Assembly: GCA_004431415.1 (NCBI GenBank)
Contig: QPMI01000021.1
Coordinates: 1 to 27,880 of the forward strand
Length of the DNA stretch: 27,880 nucleotides
From: Cyanophora paradoxa CCMP329
Lineage: Eukaryota > Plantae > Glaucophyta
Reading direction: 5' to 3'
The notes below the pieces were generated by a model. The model searched no databases and was not told where the DNA came from. It saw nothing but the letters and a program-made list of their open reading frames with translations. Position numbers and translations under genes: made by a program. Shown here one piece after another: positions 20,901 through 27,880 of the stretch (position 1 is the stretch's first letter; every line of letters starts with the position of its first letter).

Positions 20901-23900
20901 TTGACACGCTGATCACAATGATGCTAACCGCACGTCCTGCAAATCGCTGTGGTGCTATATAAATCGCCGAGGATCCTGCTTCGCAGCGGCGATTTATTCC
21001 GGGGTCCAACTTGGGGTTAGACTTGGGATACGTAATTTGTTTTTTGCTTTTTTTCGACTCGGCGTTGACGTCATTTGACGGTTCGACGGTTTTTGGCTCC
21101 TAGACTCGGCTCTTTCTGCAGCTGGTAAGTGCGCGCGGTGGAAATTCTTCACGGTTCTTGAACGCTGTGCTGACCCCCCTTGCAAATATTTCTTCTGGGC
21201 TTTTTTTTTTTTTTGAGAGACTACGTGGGGCGAACCCCCGTAGGTAGTGATATTAAAGACAACAAAGCAATCACAATCAAAGATACAGTAAACTAGCACA
21301 AAATATTACAGAATCAAGAGGGATCACGAGAAAGGACACGATCAGAAAAGCAAAAGATAAGGAAACGAGCACGAGGAGAAGGAGTAGAAGAGCTCAAGGG
21401 CGTCGATGCAGAAGTACTAGTCCACACTAGAAACGACGAGGAGCACGGGGACGCAGCAAAATAGGAGAAAGAGCACGAGGAACTACAGTCGAGACGAAGA
21501 TCTAGACGAAGACGACAAGACAGAGCTAACAGCAGAACTAGAAGACGTAGTCGCAGAGCAAAGGCGGTAGAACAGTAGGAGAGCGAAACGTAGGACACCA
21601 CTAGAGGGGAAAGTCGAAGCTGGCGGAGTGTCTAAACGGAATCGAGATTGTAGAGTTGGTAAAACAATGGACGGCTGAAGACTAATCTGAGGAACTGGGA
21701 CGACACGAGGAAGGGGCAGAGCTCGGGTGCAGACTCGGAATCGGCAGTATAAGAGAGGGGCGAAACGCAAGCCAGTAGTGACAGGGAAGGCAGACGATGG
21801 GGCTGAACCAGGCGGGAGAGGCAAATATAGCGAAGTAGAAGAGAGAGAAGGGTACACACGAGGAAACGTGTATTTCAGGAAATTAAAAAAGTAATATATC
21901 GCCTGTCTGAAACTCAGTCTCTAGATCTGCCGGTGCACGCTTGCGCATATATAATAATGCATATTTGGTTCAGGATTGTTACGTTTCGCGATAATTGACC
22001 GTACGCGTTGCGCATGCGCAGTTCTGGAGCCCCACCTTTCCAGTCCGCAATTGATGATTCGCTGAGCGCGTATATTGAACCCGCGTTGGTGCGAATATTC
22101 ATGCTCGTGAAATTCGCAGCTCGGCTCCAGCTTCGGGCCCTCGATGCACTTCACGCGGTCACTCCACTCTACGGGAACGCGCGCCTCACTGCGGCCCTGG
22201 ACGGGATCCCCGGAGCGGCCTCCGACAGCTTGCCCCCGGAGGCGATTCCTCAGGCCACCACCGCTCCTCCTTTCTCTGATTTTCTTGGAACGGCATGCAA
22301 CGCTCCCTCGACTAGATTGCAACTTTGAAGACACTCGATCGCAATTCGGCTCAATTGCAGAATTCGCAATCGGGATCGGAATCCGCGGCGTCAATGAATA
22401 CGTGGACACGCTCTCCGTTGCAGGCAACGGTAAGGGCCGCTGCATTAATATTTGCGCGAAGAATTCCAGCATTTATGCACATGCAGGATTCGCGGTGTTG
22501 GTCGCGAACGACGCCACGGGGATTTCCCGGCCCGTCTCTGCAAACGTGATTTCAGCGTTAACAATTCCCGGAGCGCATTCGAAATTGCGCACTGAAGCCG
22601 ACTCTTTAGCCCTGGGAGGTGCTGCGGGTCGTGCCGTGGACGTCCGCCACCGGCGAGAACGTCCAGTTCGTCCCGAACAGCGAGATCCGCAACCCGAGGC
22701 TCCGGGCGCGTCCCTTTAATTTGCTTGAAGATGACTTCGCCTTCAGCTCTCGATCTGCCGTGGCTCGCAGTTCGTGATTGAAACTGTGAGCAGGTCTTAT
22801 ATATGGAGACCGTCCCGCAGGACCTCTCTGAATTCCCGAAGCTCACCCAAAAGCTGTCTCCGACGATCAACACCGCCCCCGCGACGGGGCTGCCCTCCCC
22901 CGCCACCCCTGTCAACTACACTCAGGTCTGACTGCAAGTTCAGTTTTGCGGAGCAGTCAGTTTAATTGAATTTCCGTAATCGCAAATCCCACGCTGTTTG
23001 CCTTCGCTTGCAGGGGTTCAATTTCATGGTGGGAGGCGAGGAGTACGTGAGCCGCATCCGGAAGCTGGCGGGCCTGCCGACCGAGCGCGCCAACGAGACC
23101 CTGCACCTCGTCGTCGGCCTCGCGGCCCCGCAAACAGTACCCGCGCTTTATTTTCGGTCGTCGAATTTCGCGCGGAAATTCGTCCTCGCGTTGAGCGCAT
23201 GCGCTCGTGCGCGCGCGCGGTAGGTCTTCTCGAGGAAGTCACGGCACTGCGCCTTTCTTCTATCATCGTTTCCTGCGTCTGCGGGGGCTAGCGCTGCTGC
23301 TCGGCCTTGCCGTAATTTTCGAGGTTGTATTTATATGCATTGCTTCAATTTTCGCATGCGCGCCGACTTTAATACACGCGCGCATGCGCTAACTCTGATT
23401 CTTCAGGTTCTGCGATCGATGAGAAATTTTCGAAAGGAGCTGGACAAAATGGCGTTCTTCAGCCTCGAACCGAACGAGGCGCCCGAGGCCGCCGGCGCAG
23501 CGGGGAGGGGACCGGGCCGGGGCCCGGGCTCGCCCTGGCTCGCGGCCGACTGGCCGTGGGGCGGGGCCGCGGCCGCTTCCGGTCGGCCCTCTCGGAGCTG
23601 GACGAGGTGGGCGCGGCGCTGGCAAAGGCGCGGCAGGCCGTCTCGGTGCTGGAGCGCGTCGCCGACGCCCTCGTCGTTACCGACCGCGACGGTGATCATG
23701 AGCCTAGGCATCACGCCCCGCCGCGGGCGCTAGCGATCGATCGCGAGCGCGTACTATTAATCGCGTACTAGGTTTTGCGCATTCATATTTCTGTTTACTT
23801 ACGCGCGGCCAGGCTCTGTGCTGCACATGAACCGCGCCGCTTCGGCCCTCTTCTTCCCCGCGCTGGCCCGAGCTCGAGCGGGTTCGATTCGAACGGCCCG

Positions 23901-26900
23901 AGCAGCATTAATATTAGGCCGCCACCTCTGAGAATTCGAACGACGAAGCTATCGCAGACCCCGAGGTGGGATGGACGAGGGCGGGCTTCGAGCTCGGCGC
24001 TCCGCTCAGCGTCTTCTCCTTCGTCGCCCCGCAGGAGCACCCGCGCTTCAGCGCGTTTCTCGCGGCCGGAGCCACAGCTGCCGGGGCAGCCGTCGCCGAG
24101 TTTTGGGCGCTCTCCAGGCATCAGGCGCGCCCTTTAACATATTGTTTCCTCTCTTTCCTTCTCCGGTCAGTGAGCTGGGCGCAATGAGCAGGGCCCTCAA
24201 TCGAGCTTGGATCTGGTCCTTCCGCTTCCGGTGGAGGCGTCCTCTGGCCTGATGAACTACGAGGACAGGACGCTTCAGGTGCTGACATTTTCGCTTCTTC
24301 GGGATCGCTGAAACTTGCGCTTAATTGTCGACCACTGAATATAAATTAATTAATATTGATCGCTCGTGCACGCAGATCCTCGTTTTTCGCGACAGTGCGG
24401 CTGAATTTTTAAATTTCGAAACTCACCCCAATTAAAGACTCGGCATATCTCTGAATTTGAGATCGTCGCAGTCACGCAGCGGAAGGCTATGAGCGACGCG
24501 CTCTTTGTGAGTGAACGGAAGTTTCGGGTGCAGAGCCAGGACCTGCAGCGGCTGGTGGACACCGGTGCGGTTGCAGATCGAACATTAATTATACAAAGGC
24601 GCGATGGACGCTGAAGTGCGCGTGCGCAGCGAACGCGCCGATCTTCTGCGTCGACACCCAGCTCCGAGTGACCGACTGGAACAGGTGCCGCTTGAGCTTG
24701 AAGCGCCGCATCCGTGGCTTATGCGACTCGCTTCGTTTCCTGAATGTTGCTGCCAGAGCGGCGGCGCGGGTGACGGGCCTCGAGCCGAACGCCGTCCTGG
24801 CGAGAGCGTTCTGGGGCTGGTCGCCGAACGAGACCGGAACAGCGCGAAACGCGTCCTGGAGCAGGTCTAATTGTTTCCGAGCGCAGCATAATTATAATTG
24901 ACGAAATTCGCAGGCCCTCGCCCGAGCTCGGGATCGGGGCCCGGAGGCGACGAGGAGCTCGAGGGCGCCGGCGGGCCCGTGGAGCTCGCGTTCCTGCGGC
25001 CCGAGCGCCGCGCCTCGTGCACCCGGAGCCCGTGCAGGGCCCGGGCGGCCCAGGCGTAGGCCTGGGGCCCCCGCGGGCCGCGGAGGCGAGCGTGCTGCTG
25101 GGGGCCGTCGCGGCGGACGCGGCCGGCGCCGTTAACGTTGTCGGCGCCGTGGCCGTCGGGCAGGACCTGACGGAGAAGCGCGCCCGCATCGAAATGGAGG
25201 CCGTCAGCGAGGCGCGCGAAATTTCTTTGCAGAGCGGATCTGATCTATTTGAGAGCACTTTTCGCAGACGAAGAACCGCTTCCTGGCGTACACGGTCCAT
25301 GAGCTTCGGACCCCCCTCAACGGTGAGACGCTTCATATCCGTTCAGATCCTTGAACCATTTTCGCATTTGGGATGAGATCGCGCAGGCGTCCTCGGGATG
25401 GGCGAACTGCTGTCGGACACGGACCTCACGGAGCACCAGCTCGAGATCGTGCACATGATGCGCGTCTCCGCCGATCAGGTGCCGTCTGCTCTTCGCGATA
25501 CGAGTTCAACAGCGCTGTGCTGGTCGATGCAACTTGTGCTTAATTTGCACTCACATTCGGATTCAGATGCTGGTCATTGTGAACGAGTAAGTTTTAATTC
25601 GATTGGTTGCCCCTGAGCGCCCTGTTCCGATCTCATTTCGCAGCTTACTCGACGTCCGCTCCCCGGCCTGGGGTTTCGCGCAAGGGGGGCGCAATATTAA
25701 TTTTGTTGGCTTATTCGCAATCTTTCGCAGCTACACAAGATTGAAGCGGGACATATGACCCTTGAATCTGTGCCCTTCGATTTGCGACAGGTCATCGAGA
25801 AACGGTAAGGTCTGTAACTAAGAATTCGCATATGCATGCGCATGCATGCGCAGGGGCAGTGTGTCCAGTTAGGGTATTTAAATTATAAGTAATGTGTATC
25901 GTGAACGTTGCTGCAGGGAGTTGCCCCGGCGGCATTTGCGAAAGGCATCGAGGTCAGTCGACGTCGCGAAATCACTCGCAATATATATACTTCGGTCAAT
26001 TGCAACTTGCAATTTCCGATTGCGGTTGCGCGCGCAGGTCGCGTCTTTCGTGCCCTTCGAGTTCGACGGCGCCCCGTGCCCCTCCTTCGTTCTGGGCGAC
26101 CCTGTCCGAGTCAAGCAGGTGCCTCCGCTGATTTCGAAAATTCGGTGGAGGGCCGGGGCCAAACCGCCCGCCAGATCGTGATGAACTTCGCGTACAACGG
26201 GATCAAGTTCACGAGCCGGGGCCACGTCTCGTCTCCGTCGTCCCCCTCGAGCGCCTCGCCTCCGGCATCACCTCCGCATCGAGGTCCGCAGATACTCGAT
26301 CGCCTTCAACACGCGGCGATCTTGATTGTTTTAATCTTGGCCTGCAGACGACTGATACCGGCCTGGGAATGGACGAGTGCGACGTTTTAATTTTCAAAGA
26401 TTATTTCGCGCATCGCATTTCTTCGCGCACGCGGTAACGCCATGGCTGAATTTTTTGCAGGAAGGGCGTCGAAAGAATTTTCCACGAGTGCATTCCTCGC
26501 CAAATATTAATTGATTACTTAGCGCTTCGTCTGCTCTTTTGCCTGATAGGGAGTTTCGAAGCTACGTCCAGGCCCCTCGGATTATGAGCCGAGCCCGGAG
26601 ACCGCGACGCGTTCGGAGTTGATTCCGCGGCCGATACGTCAGCGACACTTCTGACTTCGACGCTTCCGATGCTGGCGAAGGTGCGACTGCAATTGCAAAT
26701 TATTCGACGGGCCGCGCACGTGCATATGGGTGACCGTCGGACCGTAATCGGGACCCGCGTGAGCAGGCCCCGGGGGCTGGCTCGCCCTCAACAGCGAAGA
26801 GGCGGACGCGGTCCTCGCCCGCGCAGCCTCCGCCGAGGCCGTCCCCCCGTCCCTCGGGCCGCTTGCCCTCTGGGAGGTGCGCACGTAAATCGTCTTGTTA

Positions 26901-27880
26901 ATAATTACAATTCTGACTATAATCACTCACATTCACGTGGACAGGAGTACGAATGTGCCTGTGATGAGATCCGTCCGATCGATATGCGGCGAGAGTGCCC
27001 CCGAGTCTGCACCAGCGCGGCCTGATCATGATTTACATCGTGCGCTTTCGCGCGCGACAGCCCTTTACCGTAACCCTCCTTCCCCCGTCCCCCCCCCCCC
27101 CCCCCCAACGCACCGTTATACATTAACGTTCCCCCCCCCCCCTTTCCCCTTCTCGTGTGCCCCATCCCTTTCTCAGCCTCCCCCCCCACCCCCCCACCCC
27201 TCCCCTCATCCTTCCCTCCCCCGCCCTCCCTCTTCCCACCCCAACCACCCAAGTGACCCCAACCCCCCAGCCCCCACGTTGCACCCATCCCATCCGCCCT
27301 CTTTCCCCCCTCTTCCCCCTCACCGCCAGCGCCCCCCCCCCCTCTCCCTCCGGATCCTCGCACGGCGTCACGGTCGCGAGGCGCGGCGCGCAGATCGCCG
27401 TGCATCTACATCTGAAGGCCGGCGAAGGAGCTCTACTGCGGGCGCTTGGTATGATTTTGATGATATTCGATTAATATTCATGACCCGACCCCTAAACTTT
27501 GAAATACGAAGATTCGAATTAGAGTGCTGGCGCAGGGATTTCTGGTGTTCAAGAGGCACGCGGCCTTCCTGCTGGCGCCCCCGAGGCGTCGTCGGGCTCT
27601 GAATTCAAACCCTCGGCTGAGGGATCCGGCCGCGGTCGCCGGTCGCGCCCACCTCCACCTCCCGGATCCCTCCTCCAGGTTCGCCATGCCGCGCCCGGCC
27701 CCTCGATAATTCGGGAAGGACCTCCTTCCCCTTCCCCGTTTATCGTCTTCGAATCCCCCGGCCCCTTTCGCTCAATGTCTCGAGTTTCTCGGCAGATCGA
27801 CGAGGCGGCGGCGCGGTGCGCCCCGCCGGGGTCTGCGCGCTCTCGGCATCCCCTTCGACACACATCCATCGGCTGGCACC
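14996..27880 (+). CDS. Second copy of the sensor histidine kinase gene (3' end cut off by the window)
   Basis: Same exons as copy 1. The H-box exon starts at 25268 and the N-box exon (IVMNFAYNGIKFTSRGH) at ~26175. It has more indels than copy 1 in places. Confidence 0.8.
17551..21169. mobile_element. Same TIR element, copy 2
   Basis: CTG|CACAGCGG at 17551 and ...CGCTGTG|CTG at 21169. Confidence 0.78.
19547..20210. repeat. GC-rich minisatellite, copy 2 (degraded by deletions)
   Basis: Same motifs in the same order, about 100 bp shorter. Confidence 0.85.
21201..21897 (-). mobile_element. Same LINE-like fragment, copy 2
   Basis: T14 at 21201-21214, followed by the same hairpin and ORF tail. 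Confidence 0.48.
25268..26680 (+). other. HisKA plus partial HATPase_c, copy 2
   Basis: Same exon series as 11992-13414. Confidence 0.88.
26721..27880 (+). repeat. Tandem repeat unit, copy 3 (partial, runs off the window)
   Basis: Matches 1 to about 1171, with many small indels. Confidence 0.95.

Larger units (their letters stand above)
13455..26720 (+). repeat. Tandem repeat unit, copy 2 (13,266 bp)
   Basis: Collinear with 1-13454 and 188 bp shorter. The differences are mostly 1-bp indels, concentrated in GC-rich tracts and the minisatellite. Confidence 0.97.

Overview
Eukaryotic, GC-rich, very intron-dense DNA, probably from a protist or alga. The style recalls glaucophyte or other algal genomes, but that is a guess. 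The whole window is a head-to-tail repeat of a ~13.4-kb unit (1-13454, 13455-26720, partial 26721-27880). The copies differ mostly by single-base indels in homopolymers, which look like long-read errors. Splicing by eye shows that each unit carries one + strand gene of roughly 40 short exons, which the ORF track does not show. It encodes a membrane-anchored sensor histidine kinase: TM, extracellular Cache-like domain, TM, HAMP-like, PAS, phytochrome-type PAS, HisKA (FLAYTVHELRTPLNG), HATPase. The HATPase has N, G1 and F boxes but no canonical G2 box and no receiver domain. It instead runs into an unrelated C-terminal region, which suggests a chimera made by the duplication junction. Several introns need GC donors (G|GCGCG). 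One ~5.5-kb intron holds nested mobile DNA: a 3.77-kb non-autonomous CACAG-terminated element (32-bp TIRs, 3-bp TSD CTG) inserted into the loop of an older hairpin, a GC minisatellite, and a probable 5'-truncated antisense non-LTR retroelement with a poly(A) tail. Exon boundaries are manual, and the gene start and C-terminal frame are uncertain.
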